Below are positions 38,016-51,439 of a stretch of DNA of 64,000 bases, piece by piece. The position numbers and the translations under genes were made by a program. The stretch covers positions 75,640,001-75,704,000 of the forward strand of contig OX597823.1 of assembly GCA_951406725.2 (NCBI GenBank). Direction: 5' to 3'. The notes below the pieces were generated by a model. It worked only from the letters and a program-made list of their open reading frames with translations. It was not told where the DNA came from and searched no databases. Every line of letters starts with the position of its first letter. Position 1 is the first letter of the stretch. The DNA comes from Octopus vulgaris (Eukaryota).

Positions 38016-39375
38016 ATGAGAAAAATATACACAATGAGATTTGACATGTCATTGTTAGAGACCATCTGTCAATGCCTGGCGAAAATGGTTTCTATAGCAG
38101 TAAGTAATTCATTAAGCATTAAGCATGATGAGTAGAAGGAACAACAATCTTCTCTTTGTTTCGAATACGAACAGTGATGTTTGACTGTTTCTGGCAGATG
38201 GTAAGTAGAACACTATCATTTTTGTTTTCCAGCTTTTTTCCTTCATTTATCCGTTCTCTGCTACTCTCTGCTGCTTTCTTAAAATCTTCTTTATATTTTT
38301 CTCAATAGATCAATTCATTCTGTCTACTGCCCCAATTATGTAGTGTTCGCTGGTTTTTTTTTTACTTATCTGTTTCTTTTCACCTTTTCTATAAACTATA
38401 TGCTTAGAAAGATATATATATATATGTGTATATATATATACACACATAGATACACGCAAACACGTACACACACACATATATATATATACATATAAATATA
38501 TACATACATATATAAATACACACCCGTTCATATAAGTATTACATATGTATTTATATACACGTCATAGACACACATATATATGTATGTCTGCGTAAGTTTC
38601 TGCGAATAAGTGTATATTGAAGTATATTGAAAACTAAAAATTTAACACAGTCGTTACTGTAAGTTGCATATTTTGGGCTTCAAAAGGAAATAAAAAGAAA
38701 AGATAGATGAGGAAAATAAAAGAAACACGTGAAAATGCATAGGAAATCGAAATAAAAGCACTAATATTATTTCAGCTGGGAATCAAAAGAAAAATATATT
38801 ACAACTTGATATTTTTGATAAACAAAGTGTCTTTAAGAAATATTGAGGCATTAGTGTTCCGCAATAAGAGATCACAGCCGCGCTAGTACGGATATTTTTC
38901 AAGAGGGATTCCTCAAGCCGGCCAAGCCGGTTGGCATTATAGGGGTCGACGAAAACGAGATGCTACATAAGTCTCATTGACTCAGTTGGTCAGGCAAGTG
39001 TATCCAGGTGGATGGTTTATTGATGGTTGCGTCTGATACAACACTGTATTAGAATTTTGAAAGACCTAAAGCGTTAGGAATATTTGTGTGAAATAAAAAA
39101 AAATGAATATGAAACCTATATTTTCAAATCACAGAATCAAGTAATACAATAAGTTTTACGATTTTATGCAATTTGAATGGCCGGCTGGATTTGATTTTGC
39201 TTATATTTTAGTTGCACAATACAGTATTATTTAACAGCTTTTCTTTAGCATATACATCAAGGGACAAGCAAACACTAAAAGTTACATGCAAACATACACC
39301 AACATGCATGCACCAGCAACACGGAAACACTTGCAAATGCTTTGACATCTATCTACCTATCTATCTATCTATTTA

Positions 39376-39472
<97 letters not shown>

Positions 39473-39700
39473 TGGTTGTATACTGTCAACTTAACGTGAG
39501 AGTCCCGTATGGGAATTACACCACCTCTATTTTGCCCTAGGAAGTATCGACGCTTCCTGTCGGCTTTGACACATTTTCTGTCTCCTTATATATGCAAGGG
39601 GGTGGTAAGGACCCCCACCAGCTAGGATTCAGACCTGAAAACATGCTTGTTTCTGGATCTTGCCCGTCATATTTCCAATTGTATATATATATACACACAC

Positions 39701-39805
<105 letters not shown>

Positions 39806-40288
39806 AAGATATGCGTGTATGCGTATGCATATATACATATAAATATATTCATGCATATGTTGTGTGTGCGTGCGTGGGTTTTTGTATGTGTGTGGTGTAT
39901 CTCAAAGACAATCAAAAGCTATGTTGGGAACAATAATAATGCCATCTTTTATAACTCTAACGCGAACAGAACATAGAGTCTGTAAGTTGTAGAGTTACGG
40001 GTATTCTTCGAAAGAAAACCTCACGTACATGAGAGTTCGAAACCTATGCCAGTGTGAATGATATACATTCATAAATCTTGCATGATAAATATAACAATCT
40101 CTATTCGAATATATTCTAGTACGTCAATATTTCAATTTTATAAACCAGAATAATCACAGGTAGGTAGTTTTGTACTTGTTACTGATTTAAAGTATAATCA
40201 TAAAAGCTTAAATTTTCAGGACTTAAAAAACTGATAGAAGTTCTGCAACTAAAAATGTCTTCTTGAGGGAAGAAAATCTAGCACTTCT

Positions 40289-40375
40289 CAAAATGAAAGA
40301 TCATAGCAAAATGAAAAATCCTGACAAATGAAAACTTCTGACAAAAGGAAAAATCCTATCAAAACGAATACAAAA
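40289..40375. repeat. Degenerate tandem minisatellite, period about 18 bp
   Basis: caaaatgaaagatcatag / caaaatgaaaaatcctga / caaatgaaaacttctga / caaaaggaaaaatcctat / caaaacgaa. Confidence 0.6.
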
Positions 40376-41817
40376 ATGTGAGATATGTATGCAAAAGTTG
40401 AGCTCTCGTTGAAAGCAAAAACAGCTTTATCTAACAAAAATGTTATTGCTTATGCACAAATATTTCAAAAGACTGTTTAATCCCTAGTGTAGTTGGAGAT
40501 ATAAAGACAAAAAGTTATAAGAAATAATCGCAAACTTTCCACGTTCCACATGTCAACGCATTAGGCAACAACCTGTATAAAATAAGAATGACATTAAGAA
40601 GATAATCTTAACAAAACAATGTGATTGATTAACATGAAGATGTTGATAACATTACAATGTTAGGAAGATAACCATGCGCAAACAATATGTTTTATATGAA
40701 AATGTGTCGAGCACAAAAAATATTAGGAAAATATGCTTTTAAATCGTCTAAAGTGAAAGTGTATTTCGAAAAAGATTCTCTTAGAATAAAATGCTTCTAT
40801 GAAATATTTTGCTAAAAACATGCTACAAATAAAGTATTACGGAATGCCTTGATAAAATTATGTACATATATTTTCGTAAGGGTCCCCAGGTTTAATATAT
40901 CGGGATAGAAGAAATGGAAAATACTTGAAGTTAATCTATCACCTAATTGTATAACGGAAGGTAAATCTTTTCAAATGCGTTTTCTATACGCTCGTCTCGG
41001 CTCCATTTTGATTGTATCTGCAATTTCATACGCTTTCATTTTATTCTTGAAGTCAAATTTTGGATCACACCTTATTTGACGCGTATAATAAGATAACATA
41101 TATAATAACGGCGATGACAACGAAGACAACGGCGGTGATAACTATGAGGAGGAGGCGGGTGATGATGATGATGATCATGAACGTGGTATGATAGCAAAAA
41201 TATATAAAAGTAAACAAAAACTTTAAGTACATAAGTTAAAAGGGTAAAACATGTCAAACGCGAAAACATGAAAGTGTTGCAGAGATGGATGACTTCCAAG
41301 GAAGATATTCAAATGCACTTATTATTGCTTTGATTGTTTTCTGTTAAATTTGAACTACATGACACAAATCTGAGGCAAGGAAGAAGTAGTTTTACATAGA
41401 AAATCAAAGAAAAAAAATTAAATATAGTGCAATTTACCTTATTGATGTTCCCTTCTTGTTCACATATCTGATAATTTTGTCTGTTTCAACATCAACCATA
41501 TCTTTGTGATCATTACTCGTTGGGTTACTGTATTTTCAAAGCCTGGTTTCGTTTTGCAATATTTTAATTATTCTAATGTTAATTTATAACAAAGACGGCA
41601 AATACACCACCGGAATCAGATAATAAAACAATATTAATATAAATAGCAATAATATTTCCCAAAATTATGGGAGTAACAAATGCATAAGCATAATAACCAG
41701 CATTTGCTGTTAGAGAAAAAAAGGGGAATTAACAGGAACTATGTATCACATAAAAATATACAGATGATATTTTCACTGATGTAAGCATAACAGTTTTTTC
41801 CTTTTATACATACATAT

Positions 41818-41879
<62 letters not shown>

Positions 41880-42167
41880 GAGAAAGAGAGAGACAGGTGA
41901 ACAGATGAGATAGAGAGAATCTCAATATAGAAAACACTTTGTAGTCCTCAAATGATTTGAACTTACATTTCGATATCTTTACCGAGGACTATAGCAACAG
42001 CCTAAAGAGTGACTAAAAGGGGAATCCAAGTGAGAAAACAATGATTAAAATAAACAGAAAAAACCTTAGGGCTTAATAAAGAAGATATATATTTACATGT
42101 ATACATGTATTTTGTACATTAAAACCCAGGTTTTATGTATTTATTTGAATTTTTATCTTTCTCTCTG

Positions 42168-42252
<85 letters not shown>

Positions 42253-42463
42253 TATATATATGTATGCATATGTATGTATATAATCTGAATTGGACACGAT
42301 CAACACTATATATATATTTAATCTAAAATAGAGACGACCACCAATTTTTCTATCATTGGATTAAATAGGTGGTGAGATAGTACTTATCATGAAGCCAATG
42401 TTAGTCGTAATACACAAATAAAGAATCGTTATCCACTATCGTCTTGTTTGATATTTAAGCATT

Positions 42464-42680
42464 TATCTTTTACCTGTTTCAGTCATTTTTCTGTGCCATG
42501 CTGGGGAAACAACTTAAATGGTTTAGCAGAAATATTTGACCACAGGACTTATCTCCTTTTAAGTGCAGCACTTATTCTGACGCTCTTCCGTTAAACAACT
42601 TACTTACAAGGACGTGAACACACCAGTACTGATCGTCAAGGAGGGGGGAATCAACACAGACACAAAGACAGACGCATATA
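42464..42680 (-). mobile_element. Decayed 3' part of the CORE-type SINE
   Basis: cttttacctgtttcagtcatt...gccatgctgg...ggacttat...ggacgtgaacacacca aligns to 37610-37800. Confidence 0.75.
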
Positions 42681-42950
42681 GATATTAATGACTTGTATGT
42701 ACGTGGTATTTCTTTATGCTACCATAATGTAATATAAATGTAGTAAATGATTTTATGAGTCAATACTACTTTCCAATGAGTTAGCAGTGTTTTTAGGTTA
42801 CTTCTGCAGACATACTATAGAAATTTCAGCTTTTGTGATATTTTTGCTAGTTTTTACTAAAGCATAATACTCTACCTCTGGTATTCGAGTAGTGTTTGTT
42901 GTCTACACCATCTCTCTTCGTCTTTTGAATTTTTGGTGAATTCTCCCTAT

Positions 42951-43060
<110 letters not shown>

Positions 43061-43101
43061 TGAGAGAGAGCGAGTGACAGAGAATCAGCGATGAGATGAA
43101 T

Positions 43102-43161
<60 letters not shown>

Positions 43162-43904
43162 ATTATCTATCTTCATTAGCAAATAATGGGATCAAACGTG
43201 ACGAGAGAATTTGTATCCAGAATGCAAGAGAGCAAAACGAAATGATACCCCGATTTAAAAATAATAACCTTTATATCTACGCATCGCATTAGAATCCTTG
43301 ACGGATATAACATAATTATTTAAAATTTATCAAATTCTCTCCACACAAAATCCTTGACAGTAAAATGTATATGTGGAGTGTGAAAGGAGAGTACGTAGGC
43401 GTATGTAATATGCTGTAGGGTTATGATGGTGTATATGGTATGGGTGCAAAGTATAACGGTGTAGAGTATAACCATCATGGATTTTGCAGTGCATTGTTGA
43501 TGTATATATATATAAATATATATATATGTGTGTGTTGTGTGTGTGTGTGCGTGCGTGCGTGTGTGTGTAATTAATCAAAGGTCATACTAGGTATGTCTGC
43601 CTCCTGGAAATAACAGTCAAAACTCTTATTTAAATCGTCGTCAAAATACACTGATAATAAATGCAGAAATCAACTGCCCGAAGGCAAACGGGCTGAGACA
43701 ATCTTTCAGCATACTTTCAAGTACTTGGACTCTCGTGGACCGGTTTCAGGACTGACATAACACCCCCATCTTCCTTAGCACACGTTACTATGATGGAGAG
43801 CCCCAACCCGTCACATTGAAGTCTGCGCTCAATTGATTCTTTTAGCGCCGAATCTCAGCAGCCACCAGTGTGAAAATAATTTCAATATGGAGCAAATAAT
43901 TCAC

Positions 43905-44460
43905 GAGAAAATATTTCATTTGGCCAAATTCCATTCCTATATCAGCTGAAAATGTTATTTTTAATTCCAGTTGTTTATTGACACTGTAAATATTTTTAGC
44001 ATAAATCGTGATGTCATCTACAAATAAATTATTGGTAACATTAAATGTATGTAGCAGTTGCACAGCCTATCATACAGCCATGTGATTTTTGTAGTAGAGG
44101 GGATAATGGATATAGCGCCAAAATTAACAAAATTACAGAGAGACTATCTCCTTGTAATATTGTATTTGAAATATTTATGGTATTTGATACTGTCATTCCG
44201 CTCTCAGTTTTAAGTGTTAGAACTATCTCTCAAGTCTTTGTGAGTCACTCACTGTCAAAAAATATTAAAGTAACAGGAACTAAGGAGAAACGGAGACACT
44301 TCAGTAGCAACGGGTAGGGAATTGAGTCAAAGGCATTCCTATAATCAAGCCATACTGTTGTAAGGTTCCTATGATATATTTTAAAAATCTATAGCATTAG
44401 AACTGTTTATCAAAAGTTGATCGACACATTCCTTTCTTCTTTCCGCTGGCCTGCTCATCG
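43905..44460 (-). mobile_element. Reverse transcriptase fragment of an R4/Dong-like non-LTR retrotransposon
   Basis: Minus strand WLDYRNAFDSIP, ILQGDSLSVILLILALYPLS and NLFVDDITIYAK...FSADIGMEFG; the FS.DIGM.FG signature is typical of R4/Dong. Confidence 0.8.
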
Positions 44461-44464
44461 CATG

Positions 44465-44900
44465 CATGTATGTGTATATATGTGCATGCATCTATGTATG
44501 TATATTATTGTTCAGTTTCATTTCAAGATTTCTTGCAAATGGAGAAAGAGCCGCTTTCTAACGTAGATCCAAGGCTCCTTCATTGGAAATTCAGCATCAA
44601 CAACAGGGTATTTCTGTTAGTAAGTATGTACGTATGTGTATGTACAGATTTGTATGTATTCTCATGCATATAGTTACATATCTAAACTTGCTCATATATA
44701 CTTAAAAGATAAAGCTCTCGAAAGTTTTGCAGGTTTCACAGTTGCAGTGATGGATTGGATTTGTATTCTCCGAATTAGCTTTCTCCTTTCCGGTTTTGAG
44801 AAGCCTAATTTCACAAGATTGTTATTTATGCGGTGATAGATTTTACAGACTGGAATTAAGGTTGTCTAAATTCCCTATCTCTGTAAATATACACGAAATC
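44465..44900 (-). mobile_element. 3' end of an R4/Dong-like LINE (ORF end, 3' UTR stem-loop, (TACA)n tail)
   Basis: Minus strand NNLVKLGFSKPERRKLIRRIQIQSITATVK / CKTFESFIF*. The 3' UTR has a ggagcc...ggctct stem and a TACA-like tail. Confidence 0.6.
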
Positions 44901-47900
44901 ACGAAACAACTAACTCGTCTAAGTAATATCTATGTATATTGGATCAGTGAACAAAAGCGAAACGATAAAAAAGACAATTAAGGAAGAGATACATCATAAA
45001 GTTTCGGATGTACTCCTTCACTTTCAGAAAAGTGTATGAGGAAATTAAATGCTTTTGAGCACAAAAATTTAACGCGGTGAGCAGGTGCCTGAATACATGG
45101 TACTATGAGGAATGATTTACTATGGTTGATGCGGGAGTTCACTATAGGTGTTTATGTTTGCATTGTTGGAAAAAGAGGGAGAGTAGTGTGCTTGTGATAT
45201 TGAGGGCTGCGTATATGTATTGCGGGGTGCGTATATGTAATGAAGGGTGCTTTTATGTACTAAGGTGTGCTAATACAGATATATAGTGGCATGGATTAGC
45301 GATGGTTGGTGAGTTTCGGCGTGTATAATAGGAAGGCGGCGAAATATAGGACATGTGGAAGGTAATACTTTGAGACGTGAATGTAGGTTCTAGAAAATGT
45401 GGGACTGATAGAAGTGTATATTGTGATATGTCCTGGGTATGACACGAAAATGCACTAACACCCAAGTTATACCTATCAATATCCGATCTATGGATTAAAT
45501 AGATATTTTAAGGGCAGTGGCGAAAGCAATCAATCAAGAAGGCAAACACAAAAATTAGTACCCTCTCTCTTTATATACCCAAACCGAGCGCAGAACTGTA
45601 TAGCTGATGAACATAATATGATGTAAGTCCAGTAACATAGATTCATAGTTTGGAGGCTACTATCACGTCAGTGCTCAAACGATTGTTATATGGTGGCTGA
45701 GATAGCAGGGTGTGATTTTGAGGCTCTTAATGTGGAGAAAGTAATGTACAAGATTGGGGAAAGTGGTATAATGCAATACGTGGAAGAAAGAAACTTAGAG
45801 TAATGGATGGATAATAGTGATACACTTAGAGGCACAAGAGGAATATGATAGACGCAAAAGTACCAGGTTGACACAGAAGGGGGAAACTAAAGGATAAGAA
45901 AAAAGAGTACAAGCGTGTTCAGACAGAAAAACGATAAATTGGGGGAAAATTTAGAATAATTATTACAATAAATCACTGTAAAAAAAATTGATTACATTAT
46001 TGGATAAAAAAATACAGTATTGGTGAAAAGTCGTACACAAGTGATCAATAGTGCAGGGAAAAGAGAAATGCCAATAGTACAGTGAAGATCTGAGATAGAG
46101 AATCTCATAAGGTAACCGATATGTACGCAAGTGCTTGACTGATTTCATGGCGTTTATAACAGAAGACATCCCTGATAGCAAATGATGAATGTGATAAGAA
46201 AAATAGTAGAAAATATCAGTGTCAAGGAATTTAATCTCAACGAAATTTGTGTATGAGTTGTTCCAGTTACACGTTCAAGCAAACATTGTGTAGGAATTGA
46301 AAGCTCTCGGTCAAGAGAGTGAGAGAAACAGAGATAGGCTGAAGTGCGGTGGTGTAGACGAGTAAAGTGGAGGCACAACAACTCGGACGGGAGACGGGAA
46401 AGAAACTAGGCTGCAGACGTAATATGGGGAAAGAGTTGCAACGGACGTTGAAGCTGCGAATATTGAGGACACACTTAAACGCAGGAGTGTATACAAGAAG
46501 GTATAAGCGGGAGAGCACATGAATGTGGTACCTGGCTCACCGACTGACGTCTGTGAGAGTTAATGTGCAATCAAAGTCACAAAATAACCTAACTAGTTTT
46601 ATTGCTGCTATAGCACGGTAAGAAAAATGTGATGGAATATTTTTGTAGCATATTATCATTTACAAGTAATTACTATGTAGACAATATTTTTAAAATAACA
46701 GTTACGATAGTGTACCACAAATATTCTCGGTTATTTTCATGTACAATTATCTACTAAAATCATTTTAACTGCAAATATTTTTGTACATTTTACCCGAATA
46801 TTGAATAGTAAAATACATTATCTGCAGCATAACATATTCGATATTGATCTTTTTGTTTGTCGCTGGCGCTATTCATGCTATCTGCGCAAAGCAAAAGCAA
46901 ATTATTGGGTTAGGCATGGGCTAGAAATTACATTTGTTTGAATACTAAGGCACAAAAATATATGAAACGCATATGCGCAGGGTTGGGTTACTGAACAACC
47001 AGATGAAGTCCCTTTCTTCATCCTAACCGAAATCTGCCTCTCACGAAATTATTCAAATATAGGCTGTGTATGGAGAACTTGCATCTTTCAACTACGTTGA
47101 GTCTCATAACAGATTGAAATGAACTATTGTCATAGGATTTGAGTGAATCAACTTCTCAACACAAATGAGGGTCATGGCGTGACTATATGAGTTTTCTAGC
47201 GGAAACCTTAAACGTTTCCAGTCGACTTAGAAATTTATTTTAAAAAATGAATATAATTTTAGCTTTTCGAATTGACATATACTGAAGATGCTAACCTAAA
47301 AAAGAAGAAAAGAAAAAACAGATCTAGAAATGTTAACATCCTCTTTCTGGATTGCTTTCCAGATACTTCGATATTAAAAACTTCCCTCTCAACCCGAATA
47401 TACATGCAATAGAAAAGTTTTATACTAATGTATGTATTTTTACTGGCTTTACTAAATGCAAAAGAATTGTTTTGGACCTAGCGGTAAGAAACTACATACA
47501 TGATCATTAGCCATCATGTCATGTTTAAAAAACACACATTTCTCAGATTATGACGTACAATCCATTGTCTCAGCATTACATACCCAAAGTTTAAACGGCC
47601 ACAGAAGTGCAATTCATCTGTTTGGTAGTTATGGATATATGAATGAAACAATCTTAAGCTTAATTAATCCTGTCGTTTCAAATTTCGGGCGGTTTAAATA
47701 TCCACTTTCTTTGACTGCAAACTTAGCAAGAAATAGATTATAATAAATTACGAAAATACGCTCGTCACACATTCTGTTACAAACTGTTTACAAAAACTAA
47801 TGCAACTTAATGCGGGAAGAAAGACATTCGCTTAATAAAGTGACCTTAAACAATCAATCAAATTTACTATTAATATCACCTGCTTCTTTAGAGAGCAGAA

Positions 47901-49382
47901 ACAAACCAATACTTGACCTAGACAGTATGGTCCCCAGAAGATTATGAATGCTATCATTCATACGCAAGGGCTTGCTGACGGAAAACTGTGCTACTGACAA
48001 AATCAAGTAGACACGCAAGTTATTCTAACTCGTTTGAAAACAACACCTCTACATGTGACCACAGTTTTCATTGATCAAAACTCTAGTGTATAATCCACAG
48101 TTCGTATAACCATGCAAAGATATGTCTGATTTTCCTTAAACGAATTATATTATTTTCAGTTATTACGATGTTGTTCATGTATGTAACATTACCGGAGTAA
48201 ACGAAGAGATTATCTTCCTTAAGGTGAATCGCCATACATACATAACGTGCTGGGACACTTTCTGACAGAACCTGTCATATAAGTTTTCAAATAGTAAAAT
48301 AAGTCATTTATAGGAATTTTTTTTTCACTAACGCTACACATACTTATCCTTAATATGTCCGAAATGATGACAAGATGAAAATATCTGACTTCCTGCAACA
48401 TCATCATTTCTACTTTGCAGTTGTTACTTCATACAGCTTTAACAGTTATTTGATGGAAATTATCTGCAGCACAGATTTTATAGGTCTTGACTCAAGTAAA
48501 GTTTCCAACAGAGAGAGATGTTACGTGTTTTCAAATATGTAACTGGAACTGGAGGCTGTGAAATATTAACTGCGTTGCATTGTTTCCTGGGGGGAAAACC
48601 GAAAATGCTATTGTCAACTGAACGAAGTAAATGCAACAAGTTTTGTGGTGTTTTTCGGGGTACACTATTTGATTCAGCTCTCTCTGATATTTACAGAATT
48701 GATATCACAAATCTTAACCGCGATGCTACATTAAAACTTCAACTTCTCAGTTGCAGGAAGAGGAGCCAAATGTGTGTGTTACAGCTTTGAGTTTCCACTA
48801 TATTCAATATACACTGATCCTGTAAGCCAAACAGGGACTATTTTTAGCAACCGTGAATAACTTGAATAATGCATAAATATATTTCGAAACGAAATCTTAA
48901 CGAAGGTCTGAAAGCCTGCGTTGAACAACATTACATGGAACTACATATTATAGCGTAGGAAATATTCTTCGTGGATTAAATGATACCTCACAACTTAAAA
49001 ATATTTTCATTAAACAGTGAAACTAACTACAAATTAGTTCTTCAAAAATCTTTCAGGGAATTACATAACTGCACTTATCGCAGCAATCCATTTACCTCAA
49101 CTGTTCAAATGTAATATTTTCTAGGCTTCATATTTTCCATGTGTTCTCTCACTTAAACAATACTAATCAATAAGCACACGCATACACAATCATACATATA
49201 TGCATGTACGTGTACTCATATTTGTTTCTATGTCGACATGGTGAGGATCTGTAAATTTTCTACTGAACGTTGAATAATTTTGTGGGGAATTGGTTGTCGT
49301 AGTACATATAAAGTTATAAATAATAGTGTGTAAATAATGGGCTGAAGACTGTTTTTGCTCAGTAAAATTTGAAATCTGTCTA

Positions 49383-49450
49383 TGGGACTTGGGATTCGAA
49401 ATCACGTCTCCAGCAGACACGACAGGCGTATTACCATTGTACCAATGCAA
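49383..49450 (-). pseudogene. tRNA-like (Gly/Asp-related) pseudogene or isolated SINE head
   Basis: Minus strand gcattggtacaatggtaatacgcctgtc...ggagacgtgatttcgaatccc has A-box and B-box-like motifs, but the cloverleaf is not intact. Confidence 0.4.
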
Positions 49451-49548
49451 TCCTTTGAATTTCAGAGTGAAAATCATTCATTCATTATGATATACTACGA
49501 TGTAATTTGGAAAGTATTGGTGATTTACCATAACATTTCTGTAAATGA

Positions 49549-49605
<57 letters not shown>

Positions 49606-49611
49606 ATCCAT

Positions 49612-49925
49612 CTATTTTCTCAAGCCGCTAAGTTACGAGGGCAGAAACAAACTTTCACGGGTTGTAAAGCGGTGGTGGTGGTGAGTTTCACCAAACACAG
49701 ATACAAAGACACACAAGCAGTCATTATTACAGGCAAGCACACACACTAGAGCGCGCACGCGCACACGTATTCACGACGAGCTTCTGTCAGGTTACTGTAA
49801 CCGTATATATTAACAAAACTTTGGTTGACCAAGGGTTACGGCAGAACACACTCGATCAAGATTCTACGAATTAGGACTGACTTTCGAAGTATCGTGTATC
49901 AGAAGCAAAGTAATTACTAAACTCT
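49612..49925 (-). mobile_element. Strongly decayed CORE-type SINE
   Basis: ccgctaagttacg...aaacacagatacaaagacac...acgacgagcttctgtcag aligns to the 37600-38015 family. Confidence 0.65.
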
Positions 49926-50853
49926 CACGCTAATTATAATGGCCATTACAATTTTGCAGAAGAAATTATTTCATGTATATTTAACAAATAAAATTATTAG
50001 ATATTCTTAAGCTTCATTCGAATAGTATTAAGCTCACAGTATAGGAACAGAATTTGATGCAAGTAATACGCTCTAATAGTAATTTTTTTTTTGTAAGAAT
50101 GAATGAAACCAAGTACATTAATGAAAATATTCTCTGGTGTATATAAAATAAATCCGGATGTAATGTATACATTCGATATTCTATCTGATCATTTCACTGG
50201 ATTATGTTTATGTTCTAATGAGATTCTTTTGCAAAACTCATAATGTTATACAACACAAAAGAGTTGAAGATGCTTCTAATACTGATGCCATTACACTTTC
50301 TCTTTTTTAAATTCATGCAGTCCATTCACACCCTTTTTATTCATACTATCATATTACAAAGTTTTTCAGAAATTCTTCTGTGGTTTCTTATTTCGACATG
50401 TGCGTGTAATTTAAAAGCTGAATTTCATTGTTAATGCATCAGCAGAAATGTGAGATACCTACATATTATCACTGAAATTTCCTTAAGCTAGAAATGTTAA
50501 TTCTTCAGGAACAATTATAAGGATTATAAACTGAACAATACGCAGACTGTATTGTTCATAGAGAGTACATTTTAGAAGAACAGAAATATAAGAATTGAAG
50601 TAAAACTTAGAGTATGAGTAATTTTTATAAGCCTTGTTGATGGCTCTACTACAATATGATACATTTGTTTCCCGTCTTTTAGTTTTATTATTCAAGGGAG
50701 AAATTTAGCCTGAACAAGACACACATAAATTATTAACACACACACAACTTATTAAAGTTACTAGACGCAATTTAAAACCAAAATGCACAGGTAAAAGATC
50801 AAAGAGTAAAAGAGAGAGAGAGAGAGATAGATAGATAGAGAGAGAGAGAGTTG

Positions 50854-51361
50854 GTACAATCGTCACTAAATATCACTAAGAGTGACAGTCATCAAGAGCA
50901 TTGCAAGAAAAAGGAATCAAAACAACTCTTAACCACGAACAGATCATTTTCTGTTCAACAGAGCACTGTCTCTTGACTGACAAGAGAGTCAACCTCCCCT
51001 CAGCAAGCGAGAGCACAAGATCGGCTGGCCGATATCGGATATAATAAATCCGCATCGGTGACGCTACTCCATTGCCTAGGGTTAAGCTAACTCGACTTGT
51101 CAGTTTGTAGACTATACTACAGGAATCAGTGACTGATTCCGTGAAATAGTAAAATAAAACTTATTAATTATTGAAGAGGCTAGACGCAGAAAGGCACAAA
51201 TATAATAGTCACTAAAAGTGACTACGGGTGCAAGTAGCACCAGCATTGCTAGAAATAAGGGTCGAAACAACTCTGTTCGTAGCTAAGAGTTGTTTTCACT
51301 CTTATTTCTAGTAATGCTGGCACTGACCTGTGCCCTTAGTAACCCTTTGTGACGACTGTAC
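50854..51361. mobile_element. About 510-bp structured element carrying three copies of a roughly 90-bp unit (direct, direct, inverted) between (AG)n and (TA)n
   Basis: Unit gtacaatcgtcact...agcattgc...aaacaactcttaaccacgaacaga at 50854-50944, again at about 51200-51275, and reverse-complemented at 51271-51361. Confidence 0.7.
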
Positions 51362-51384
51362 TTACACACATATGTATATGTATA

Positions 51385-51434
<50 letters not shown>

Positions 51435-51439
51435 TAATT

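Noticed and set aside
48400-48800. Good acceptor (tttctactttgcag) followed by the 90-aa ORF 48518-48790
   Set aside because: No recognisable domain or clear matching donor; cannot be supported as an exon without transcript data.
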